NCBI GenBank assembly: GCA_963662465.1
Contig: OY759599.1
Coordinates: 6,656,001 to 6,720,000, forward strand
DNA: 64,000 bases
Source of the DNA: Desulfatiglandales bacterium
Lineage (GTDB): Bacteria; Desulfobacterota; DSM-4660; Desulfatiglandales; Desulfatiglandaceae
Reading direction: 5' to 3'
The position numbers were made by a program, and so were the translations under genes. The notes beneath the pieces are model-generated. The model did no database searches and had not been told where the DNA came from. It saw nothing but the letters and a program-made list of their open reading frames with translations. The stretch's first letter is position 1. Every line of letters starts with the position of its first letter. Shown piece after piece: positions 40,908-49,054 of this stretch.

Positions 40908-42644
40908 TTATTGCACCGGCAGCAACTCAACCCTTCGATTCAAAGCTTTGCCTTCTTCTGTCCGATTGGTAGTTTTGGGTCGTGAAAAACCAAATCCCAC
41001 TGCAATCAGGCGCTGATCATTAATCCCTTTTTTCGTCAAATAATTCTTTACGGCTTTTGCGCGGTTTTCCGACAACTTTTTATTGTATTGGCTGCTCCCC
41101 ACATTGTCGGTATGCCCCTGTATTTCGACCGCCATAGAGGGATTTTCTTGCAAAACAGTTATGATTTCGTCCAGATGAGGGTAGGATGCAGTTTTGATCT
41201 GATACTTATTAAAATCAAACAGCGCCTCACTGATGACCCAGCAACCCCGCTCATCTACTCTGGCGCCTTTCGGCGTTCCGGGGCACTCATCCCTGTAGTC
41301 GAGTACGCCGTCGCCATCGGTATCCAATGGGCATCCGCGTTCATCCACTTTCGCGCCTTTCGGTGTATTTGGGCATTCATCCATATAGTCAGGTACACCG
41401 TCCCCGTCTGTATCCAAAGGGCATCCTCGTACATCCACCACAACGCCTTTTGGTGTATTTGGGCATTCGTCGATATAGTCGGGCACGCCGTCGCCATCGG
41501 TATCCAATGGGCATCCGCGTTCGTCCACCTTAACGCCTTTTGGTGTATTTGGGCATTCATCTTTGTAATCGGGCACACCGTCTTCGTCAGAATCCTTGAT
41601 GACTGCTTGATCCACGAACATTTGGGCCACAGCCTTGGAGAGCGCCCAATCACAACTGACATAGAGTTCAGGGGAGATATTGGTGGCCTTAAAATTTCGG
41701 ACCTGTTCCTGTAATGTTTGAATCTGAAGGTTTAGGGTGCAACCCACGTCATGAAAATTCCAGAAAAGTTCAACATGGTTGATGGCAAGTTGAAGGATTT
41801 GAGGGGGACCGTCGACCATTAGCAGGTCCCTGTTCTCAAGTCCTTCCTGAAGTTTCCAGTGGGCCTCCTCCCATTTTGTAGCGGTTGTGGAAAAGGTGAA
41901 TACATTGGGCCTGATTTCGGAGAGGACAATGTTTTCTTTGTGAAGTTCCGATTTTATAAGCTGTATTACGGCATCCGGGGGGTCCTGACCGGCAATGGAA
42001 AAATTCGCTTTACAGTCGCTTTTTTCCACAACCGAATCTGTCTTTTCAGGGGTGCGTTTGAGGTCATCGGGTTGTTGTTTTCTTTCTTTGGGCTCACCTG
42101 CACATTGATCTTTATAATCAGGTACGCCGTCGTCATCTGTATCCAGTGGACATCCTCTTTGGTCCACATCAATCCCCTCGGGGGTTCCCGGACACTGATC
42201 GTTCCCATCGGGTATGCCATCCTGATCTGTGTCCAGTGGGCATCCAATCTTTTTAAGGTCCGTATGCAGGGTTCCCGTGGCGCTGCCATCGGCATTTGTG
42301 CAGATTCCGAGTGAAAAAACCGTGGAAGCATTGATGTTTACGACTTTCCCCCGGTTTTTGAGTTCAGTTTGAAGCATTTCTATGGCGGCATCCGTCCACC
42401 TTTGGTAATTTGCCCACCAATCGTGGGTGTAGGCGCCAATGAAGATATCTTCATCATTGGCTTGATTATTTACAAGATTCACGTATCTGTGGACTGTGAA
42501 ATCCGGGTTTAAGAATTTTTTTGCGGGTATGGGTTGTGCTTTTGGAATATAGAAGCGATCCGGTGTTCCGGCACAGCCTGAAACAGCAATTAGTATGAAG
42601 AGAGACAAAAGCTTACGCAGTGTCCGGAATGTGTATTTAGGCAT
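40908..42644 (-). CDS. OmpA-family lipoprotein with thrombospondin type-3 (DxDxDG) repeats
   Basis: Lipobox VSGC; repeated DTDGDGVPDYxDECP; OmpA C-terminus GHTD...LSENRA...NRRVE. Confidence 0.92.
   Translation of the reverse strand: MPKYTFRTLRKLLSLFILIAVSGCAGTPDRFYIPKAQPIPAKKFLNPDFTVHRYVNLVNNQANDEDIFIGAYTHDWWANYQRWTDAAIEMLQTELKNRGKVVNINASTVFSLGICTNADGSATGTLHTDLKKIGCPLDTDQDGIPDGNDQCPGTPEGIDVDQRGCPLDTDDDGVPDYKDQCAGEPKERKQQPDDLKRTPEKTDSVVEKSDCKANFSIAGQDPPDAVIQLIKSELHKENIVLSEIRPNVFTFSTTATKWEEAHWKLQEGLENRDLLMVDGPPQILQLAINHVELFWNFHDVGCTLNLQIQTLQEQVRNFKATNISPELYVSCDWALSKAVAQMFVDQAVIKDSDEDGVPDYKDECPNTPKGVKVDERGCPLDTDGDGVPDYIDECPNTPKGVVVDVRGCPLDTDGDGVPDYMDECPNTPKGAKVDERGCPLDTDGDGVLDYRDECPGTPKGARVDERGCWVISEALFDFNKYQIKTASYPHLDEIITVLQENPSMAVEIQGHTDNVGSSQYNKKLSENRAKAVKNYLTKKGINDQRLIAVGFGFSRPKTTNRTEEGKALNRRVELLPVQ
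41241..41595 (-). repeat. About four tandem 90-bp (30-aa) TSP3 repeats inside the OmpA gene
   Basis: Units start GGGCAYTC at 41281, 41371, 41461, 41551. Confidence 0.9.
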
Positions 42645-42667
42645 GGTTTAAACCCTTTGTATGGTTT

Positions 42668-43393
42668 TTATTTATCCTCTAAATCGCGCGTAACATCCTC
42701 GTTGGGCGCCCATGTGCTTCCCTTTTCTTCGCAGGCTTTTTTGTCCATGGCTTTTGGCAACCAGATGCCGCCTCTGTCCTCACAAGCTTTTTTGTCAGCA
42801 GCCTCGGGCATCCATGTGTTACCCTGCTTTTCGCATGTGGGTTGATCTATGTCGGGAATCCATTTTCCCCCCCTTGCCTTACATTCGTTTCGATTATTGC
42901 CCATTGCACCCTTACAGGAAGCTTTTCCGACGGGATTGCCAAACTGGTCTTCACAAAACCCCACGTCCCGTCTGCCATCCGCTCCTACGCAGTACGCTTC
43001 GTCAGGCTTTCCTTCGGGCCCCACGCAAAAAGCACAAAAATAGGCTTCACCTATTAAAAAAGGCCCATCTCCCATGTTGACGAAAACGTGACTCGCTCCC
43101 AATTCGGCGGCATTGTCCATAAGCTCATTTAGTGCGCCGGCATAGAAAGTATCCCCCAGAAAACCCCAGGAAAAAACGCAGCAATAGGGAAAGAGGGCGG
43201 AGCCTCTGACATTTCCCAGGAAATCGCATTGATTGACAACTTTGCGAATCTGCTCGACATTGACCAGATGGACTTGTGAAGCCCGTGTGGATAGGGAGGG
43301 GCCGCAGGAAGCGAGAACGACGGAAAGAAGCATCAATGATAGAACCAACAGTGCTGCCTTGGTTTTAGACGCCGAATTTTTATTATTCACCAT
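42668..43393 (-). CDS. Cysteine-rich hypothetical lipoprotein with C-terminal repeats
   Basis: Lipobox LASC; four CxxxGxxWxP repeats; start at MVNNK after AGAGGG. Confidence 0.8.
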   Translation of the reverse strand: MVNNKNSASKTKAALLVLSLMLLSVVLASCGPSLSTRASQVHLVNVEQIRKVVNQCDFLGNVRGSALFPYCCVFSWGFLGDTFYAGALNELMDNAAELGASHVFVNMGDGPFLIGEAYFCAFCVGPEGKPDEAYCVGADGRRDVGFCEDQFGNPVGKASCKGAMGNNRNECKARGGKWIPDIDQPTCEKQGNTWMPEAADKKACEDRGGIWLPKAMDKKACEEKGSTWAPNEDVTRDLEDK

Positions 43394-43570
43394 AAAGCCC
43401 TCTATTCGTTTGAGTTCAAGCCGATGACAAATGATCATGATAAATGTTTATTGCTTTTTTCACCCGTAAATCAACACCTGTAACCTATCGATGGTTGCCG
43501 ATTGCGTTGAAGATTATATGCCTGATGTATTTTCATGTCAACAAGTCCGTTATGCCGTTATGAGGCGCAT

Positions 43571-44665
43571 TCAAAGCCTTGGGATGCTGCCGTAAATGGG
43601 AAGACGAACCGCATCCGTGATATCATTTTCGTGTCGAATGGGTCCTTTTAGGAAGTCAAAAATCAGAATCATTCCCACTCCAACCGCAAGGGACATCATA
43701 ACCCCAACCAGCAGAACCTTTGTTTTGGCGCTTTTTGAGGGACGGAGGGGGATCATCGGTGCGCTCAACACACGGATGTTTACCAGAACACCGGCTTCCC
43801 TGACTTTGGCTTCAAGATAGATTCGGTCCAGTTGGTCATAGTGTTCCCGGGCCATTTCAAAGTTGGACAAAAGCGTGACCAGTTGGGCTTGGATTTCCGT
43901 ATCGGCGGTCGATTTCAAATCCGCGGGGATCTGGTAGTAATCTCGAAATTTGACCAGCGCTTCTTCGGCTTCCTTTAAGGTTTTACGAGCAGCGTCTTTT
44001 TGTTCCAGTGAAAATTTTATTTTTCCTTGAACCCCTTCCTTGTTTTCCTCCAGATTAAAGGCCAGTAAAATATCCAGATAGCTTTTCACCAGGATGGGGG
44101 CCAGGTTTTTTTCAAGGGTTGCGCCGGTGATCCAGATCATGGCGATATTGGAATTCACCCGGATACCCACTCGTTTTTCCAGTTCTTGCAGGTATTTACT
44201 GTCCTCATCCGCTGAGGAAACGGAGGTCCCCTTATTTTCGTCGGCTTTTTTGCTTCTGCCGAGGATTGTCTTGGCCAGGTTTCGAAGCCCTGCCAGGATC
44301 TGGCTTCGCAAATCCAATGGAAGTTCCAAGTCCTGTTTTACATCATCGGGCAGAATTTTTAAAACCTCCTTTGCAAAAGATTTGCTTTTGAGCTTTTCTT
44401 CCACCGCCAGAACGTAAGAATCCGAGGCTTTTCTGGGGGACATGGTCCCCTGGCGTATGGATGCCGCCTCGTTAAAAGGTTCTTCAATTTGAAGGGCAGC
44501 CTCGCTGATAAACTGGGGTTTGACAAAAGAAGCCAGCAGCAAGGTGATCAGGGCGCCAACCACAAAAAAAATAACGATGATCCATTTGTTTTCCAGCAGC
44601 GGCACACCGAATTTCGCGATGTAAAACGAAACATCAAGTTTTTTGGTGGTTGATTTCTCTTCCAT
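43571..44665 (-). CDS. Wzz/GumC-like polysaccharide co-polymerase
   Basis: TM1-KPQFISEA, periplasmic coiled coil, Pro-rich motif + TM2, C-terminal PIYGSIP. Confidence 0.85.
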   Translation of the reverse strand: MEEKSTTKKLDVSFYIAKFGVPLLENKWIIVIFFVVGALITLLLASFVKPQFISEAALQIEEPFNEAASIRQGTMSPRKASDSYVLAVEEKLKSKSFAKEVLKILPDDVKQDLELPLDLRSQILAGLRNLAKTILGRSKKADENKGTSVSSADEDSKYLQELEKRVGIRVNSNIAMIWITGATLEKNLAPILVKSYLDILLAFNLEENKEGVQGKIKFSLEQKDAARKTLKEAEEALVKFRDYYQIPADLKSTADTEIQAQLVTLLSNFEMAREHYDQLDRIYLEAKVREAGVLVNIRVLSAPMIPLRPSKSAKTKVLLVGVMMSLAVGVGMILIFDFLKGPIRHENDITDAVRLPIYGSIPRL

Positions 44666-44677
44666 GCTTTAATCCAC

Positions 44678-45919
44678 CTAAAATTGGCGATTGTAGACAA
44701 TGCCGTTTATTTTTCCGCCATCGCGGGTGATGGCCTCAACGGATTTTGATATTTGCTCCGATGTGGTTTGTTTGTCCTGAACGACCATGACGACGATGTC
44801 ACACGTAAATGACAAAAAAACCGGGTCCACATTGTTTCTGTTTTTGTTAAGTACCGGCGATGAGTCGAAGAATATCAGATCGTATGCCCCTTTCATTTCC
44901 TGAAACATGTTTTCCATGAAATCCGGCGTCATTTTAAGGTACAGTTCATTGTCCCAGCCGCCTGCCGTGATCATCTTTAATTGAGAAAAACCCGTATCTT
45001 TTACGGCCTCTTGCCAGCTTAGAGAACCGGAAACAACGTCTGTAAACCCTTGTTTCTGCTCTAGTCCGAAAGGCAGATGAAGTTGAGGGCGACGCATATT
45101 TAAATCAACCAGCAGGGTTTTCATCTTTGTAAAATAGGCGATGTTGAAAGCCAGCAGGCTGATGAGAAAAGTATTGCCTGCGTCGTCATGGGGAGTGACA
45201 AAAACTACGGTCTTCTCATTCGCTTTTTCAAGCATATTAACGATATTTTCCCTGACCCGGTTTACTTCTGAATATACGCAGCCGACTTTCAATCTTTCAG
45301 CGGATAAACCTTTGGCGGCATCCTGGGGATCCATTTGTGACGGCGCTCCGGTTTTTTCCCCTAATGTCTTAAGTTTACCGACAATTTCTTTAAAAAAAGC
45401 GTTTGCTTTGTCATAGAGAATTGAAACTTTTTTCAAGTCCTTAAAAACGGGTAGTTTTAAAGTTGGTTTTTCGGAGGGAGGGGTTGGCGGCGTTTCAGGG
45501 GCAAGCGCCTGCTTTTTTTTGATCGGACGATCATCGGAAGATGTCGAATCAGCGGTTTCGCTGGATTGTGGGGGGGGGGCGTTAAAGCGGTGTGCATCAT
45601 CCGGGGAAGGATAGGCTTTTTTTACGCTGATGTAGTCTGTATCAATACCGCTCAATGAGACGACGTCTTCCTCCGTTGCCTTAACCGAGTCAATCGTACC
45701 CCCGGAGATGTCCGCAATGTCGAATCCTCCCAGGCGGTTGAATTCATCGAAGCGTACCCCCAATTCATCTTTGTCGGCAGACTTTCGAAGGATACTGAGA
45801 GCTGCCATGTCAATTCCTTCAAAAGGGTCCACATCAATGGGCTTCGGAATGGATCCAAACAAATCTTTGGTGGTCACTTTGCCGTTGCTATTGTTCTCTG
45901 TTGGCTTCTCTCCGGACAA
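44678..45919 (-). CDS. CpsD/CapB-like BY-kinase homologue, apparently catalytically degenerate, with long acidic N-terminal extension
   Basis: LLVDLNMRRP, YDLIFFDSSPV, GIVYN; Walker A reads TPHDDAGNT; TTG start after GAGGAGG. Confidence 0.8.
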   Translation of the reverse strand: MSGEKPTENNSNGKVTTKDLFGSIPKPIDVDPFEGIDMAALSILRKSADKDELGVRFDEFNRLGGFDIADISGGTIDSVKATEEDVVSLSGIDTDYISVKKAYPSPDDAHRFNAPPPQSSETADSTSSDDRPIKKKQALAPETPPTPPSEKPTLKLPVFKDLKKVSILYDKANAFFKEIVGKLKTLGEKTGAPSQMDPQDAAKGLSAERLKVGCVYSEVNRVRENIVNMLEKANEKTVVFVTPHDDAGNTFLISLLAFNIAYFTKMKTLLVDLNMRRPQLHLPFGLEQKQGFTDVVSGSLSWQEAVKDTGFSQLKMITAGGWDNELYLKMTPDFMENMFQEMKGAYDLIFFDSSPVLNKNRNNVDPVFLSFTCDIVVMVVQDKQTTSEQISKSVEAITRDGGKINGIVYNRQF

Positions 45920-46700
45920 TTTCCATGACCTCCTCTGCCAGCGCAGTGTGATCTTTTGCCCCATATTTGCTCGGGTCGAACTCAAATATGGTTTTCCGTT
46001 TCATATGGGCCCGGTCGATATCAATGTTAATTCGTATGGTTGTGTGGAAAACATTGATGCCTTTGGCGTCAAAAAAATGGATAATCCTGTCGCGGTTTTT
46101 CACATAGATACTGGCCCTTGAGTCGTATTTGGTGAGAAGTACACCCATTAATTTTAATTTGCCGTTCTGGCTGCGCATGTTTTGCAATATTCGAAGGAAG
46201 GTGGCAAGTCCATCCAGCGCGAATTGATCGGAAGTGGGGATGGGGATAATGGCATAATCAGAGATCATGAGTGCGTTGTTGACCATGCAGCCGATATTGG
46301 GCGGCGTGTCGATCAGCACAAAATCATATTTTTGAAATCCCTTGTCGTTTCTGGTGAGCCTCAAAAAGCCCAGGATTGAATCAGGTGTGCTGGCGGCAGT
46401 CCTCTCCCAGAGCATGCAACGAATGGTATTGGGGACAATGTCCACGTTTTCATTGGAGGTGCTGCATGCCATTGAAGACATATCCGTTTCCCCGATGGGC
46501 GCTTCCAATGCCTTTACCAGTGAAAATTGTTCCCTTAGGGCAATCTCTTTTAGAAGTATGGAGGTGCAATTGCCCTGAGGATCTGCATCTATGACCAGGA
46601 CCTGCATGCCTTTCCTGCCCAGCGCATCCGCTAGGTTGAGGGTGGTGGTTGTCTTTCCGACACCCCCTTTCTGGTTTCCAATGGTAATAATGTCAGGCAC
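45888..46700 (-). CDS. ParA/Soj family ATPase
   Basis: NQKGGVGKTT deviant Walker A, IDADPQGN, IDTPP; GTG start after GGAGG. Confidence 0.93.
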   Translation of the reverse strand: MPDIITIGNQKGGVGKTTTTLNLADALGRKGMQVLVIDADPQGNCTSILLKEIALREQFSLVKALEAPIGETDMSSMACSTSNENVDIVPNTIRCMLWERTAASTPDSILGFLRLTRNDKGFQKYDFVLIDTPPNIGCMVNNALMISDYAIIPIPTSDQFALDGLATFLRILQNMRSQNGKLKLMGVLLTKYDSRASIYVKNRDRIIHFFDAKGINVFHTTIRINIDIDRAHMKRKTIFEFDPSKYGAKDHTALAEEVMEIVRREANREQ

Positions 46701-47212
46701 CTGCAACCTCCAGTGAGCCCTGAATTGTTTCCGGCCCTTTTCAGTATAAAATTGCAATCGGCGATGTGTTTTGGGAGTATGCTTTTTTTAAACTTACAAT
46801 TAAGAACACAGTTTACACATGTTCAATCATTTTTAACACGCGAAAAAATATGGGTCAAGTGAAATTGGTTAAAAAATTTGAATAAATTTCAAACGAGCAA
46901 AGGCAATAACAGCCTGGTAGTATTATGTATTCAGTGCAAACCTTAGTAATCGTGGTCGCTAATTATACCTCGCGAGATTTAATTTTAGGGTGAAACGTGG
47001 CTTTAATGCGGTATCTTGACGAATATGCATAAGGGGATATTGTTTTTGGGCCGATAAGTGGAAAATTAACATCAGAAATGAATGACCCCTCTGATGATTG
47101 GCTCCATAGTCTTGCATTTCTTGTTAAAATCATGATATCCCTAAATACGAGATTGTCACGGATCGCAAGTCTGTCTTTTGAGTAAAGATGAATATCGAAA
47201 AAGGAATGTCGA

Positions 47213-48097
47213 ATGTCGAAGGGAAATTCATATGATCATCATGAGTCGCCGATATTTTCAGCATATTTTGCTCTCCCATTGGCGCCCATAATTATTTTGA
47301 TCGGGTTTCTTTACGCCGATGTGGTTGGCATTTTGGTGCAGATTTGGATTACTGACAGCGATCAGGCCCATGGACTGCTTTTGGTTGCTGTGGCGGGTTA
47401 TTTGCTTTTTCATCGCAGAAAGAGGATTAACCGGATAATGCCTGAGACCTGGGCGCCGGGGCTGTTTATTATGGTTGCGGCGCTGGCGCTTCTGCTGGTG
47501 GGGCAGATGGTCGTCGAATATTTTGTGATGCGGTCTTCTTTAATCATGCTGCTGGTTGGTATCATCGGGTTTTTGTTTGGGAAAAATGCGTTAAAAGTCT
47601 TTCTCTTTCCCCTTTTTCTTCTTCTTTTGGCCATACCCCTGCCGGCTATCGTGGTTAACGGCTTGACGTTGCCCCTTAAGGCGCTGGTCAGTTCATTGGC
47701 CTCCGAAATGCTGCGCGCCATGGGCGTTTCCATCCTTCAAGAGGGAAACATACTGCAAACGCCCCAAATCACACTCGAAGTGGTGAACGCCTGCAGCGGC
47801 ATCCGTTCCGTTTTTTCCCTGTTTGTTCTGGCGTTGCTTTTTTCTTCAGACATGGATGGCTATATTCAAAAAGCTTTTCTGTTGATTTTAACCATCCCTC
47901 TGGCAATTTTCACCAATGCTTTGAGGATTACCGCAACGGGAATGCTGGCGACCCATTGGGACCCAAAAATGGCCCTTGGGTTTTATCACGGCTTCAGCGG
48001 TTGGGTGATTTTTGTTATATCGCTGATGATGCTGTTGCTTTTGAAACGGGTGATTACGTCCGTGGCTTCCCGCGGGAATCGAAAGAATGTTTTATGA
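47213..48097 (+). CDS. Exosortase (EpsH family)
   Basis: Multi-TM protein; catalytic Cys (NACSG), Arg (NALRI), His (FYHG). Confidence 0.93.
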   Translation: MSKGNSYDHHESPIFSAYFALPLAPIIILIGFLYADVVGILVQIWITDSDQAHGLLLVAVAGYLLFHRRKRINRIMPETWAPGLFIMVAALALLLVGQMVVEYFVMRSSLIMLLVGIIGFLFGKNALKVFLFPLFLLLLAIPLPAIVVNGLTLPLKALVSSLASEMLRAMGVSILQEGNILQTPQITLEVVNACSGIRSVFSLFVLALLFSSDMDGYIQKAFLLILTIPLAIFTNALRITATGMLATHWDPKMALGFYHGFSGWVIFVISLMMLLLLKRVITSVASRGNRKNVL

Positions 48098-48738
48098 AAA
48101 AAAAACTACCCTTTATGATCACCGTAATGCTGCTGGGACTGGCCCTGTTTGCCAGGGTGTGGATGGACAATCGGCAGAGTTCGGCGCCAAAAATGGAATT
48201 GATGCCCTTTGATCGCAATCTGGGTAATTGGAAAGGGGTTGACTTAAACCTGGATGCTGATGTGGTGGCGATGCTCAATCCGGACCAACTAGTGTTCAGG
48301 CGCTATCAAAACCCTTCTGGAAGGTCGGTTGATTTGTACGGCGTTTTTTATGGGTCCCAGGGGACCCACCGAACCATGCACTCGCCACTGAACTGTTATC
48401 CGGGAAGCGGTTGGGAAATCGTGGGGAAAAGCAAGATTCGTCTTCATGGCCCGGGAGATACTGGAGAGGGGATTGAGGTCCGGAAAGTGATCATGAGAAA
48501 AGGCCTCGCCATGCGACTGCTCTATTATTGGTATTATGCCGGGGGAAATACGGCGTCCAACCAATATATGAATAAAGCGCTGACCCTCTATGGCGCTCTG
48601 ATGCATGGAAGAACCGATGGCGGTTTGGTCACAGTGTCTACTCTCCGGGACGACTCAGGGATGAACCAGAAATATCTTGAAAAGGATTTTGTGCCGAATT
48701 TACTTAAATACTTATCGGACCAACCCATAAGCCGTTAG
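48094..48738 (+). CDS. epsI: Exosortase-associated EpsI family protein
   Basis: HSPLNCYPGSGW, YYWY, RTDGGLV; ATGA overlap with exosortase. Confidence 0.9.
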   Translation: MKKKLPFMITVMLLGLALFARVWMDNRQSSAPKMELMPFDRNLGNWKGVDLNLDADVVAMLNPDQLVFRRYQNPSGRSVDLYGVFYGSQGTHRTMHSPLNCYPGSGWEIVGKSKIRLHGPGDTGEGIEVRKVIMRKGLAMRLLYYWYYAGGNTASNQYMNKALTLYGALMHGRTDGGLVTVSTLRDDSGMNQKYLEKDFVPNLLKYLSDQPISR

Positions 48739-48789
48739 GGGATGATTCCTTGATGCTTATGAAAAAATGTGGTAACCGTTCACAGGGGG

Positions 48790-48977
48790 CAGGGGACAGT
48801 TGTCAGGGGGCAGGATAAAATTCGAAGACTTAGATATTTCGAAAAGAAGAGCATGCTTAAGCGTCAACATCGAAAAAGGAATTGGCTCAATTATGCTGTT
48901 TGGCTTCATTAGATAAAAGCAAATTGTTTGAATAAGAATCGAAGCTGGTTTTTCTGCACCCTGACAACTGCACCCTG
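48790..48977. repeat. Intergenic element bounded by imperfect 26-bp inverted repeats built of heptamers
   Basis: CAGGGGACAGTTGTCAGGGGGCAGGA versus reverse complement of TTCTGCACCCTGACAACTGCACCCTG (22/26 identical). Confidence 0.7.
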
Positions 48978-49054
48978 TCAGGCTATGGATATCGTATTCC
49001 ATATTTGTTAAAATGACGTGATTTCGTAGTCATCGTTTTTAAGGAGAGAAAAAA

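Noticed and set aside
41241..41595. Regular repeats as a CRISPR array
   Set aside because: In-frame 90-bp coding repeats with synonymous variation, no unique spacers and no cas genes
46701..47212. Sigma54 promoter for the exosortase operon
   Set aside because: TGGC...TTGC candidate near 47099 has 12 rather than 10 nt between GG and GC
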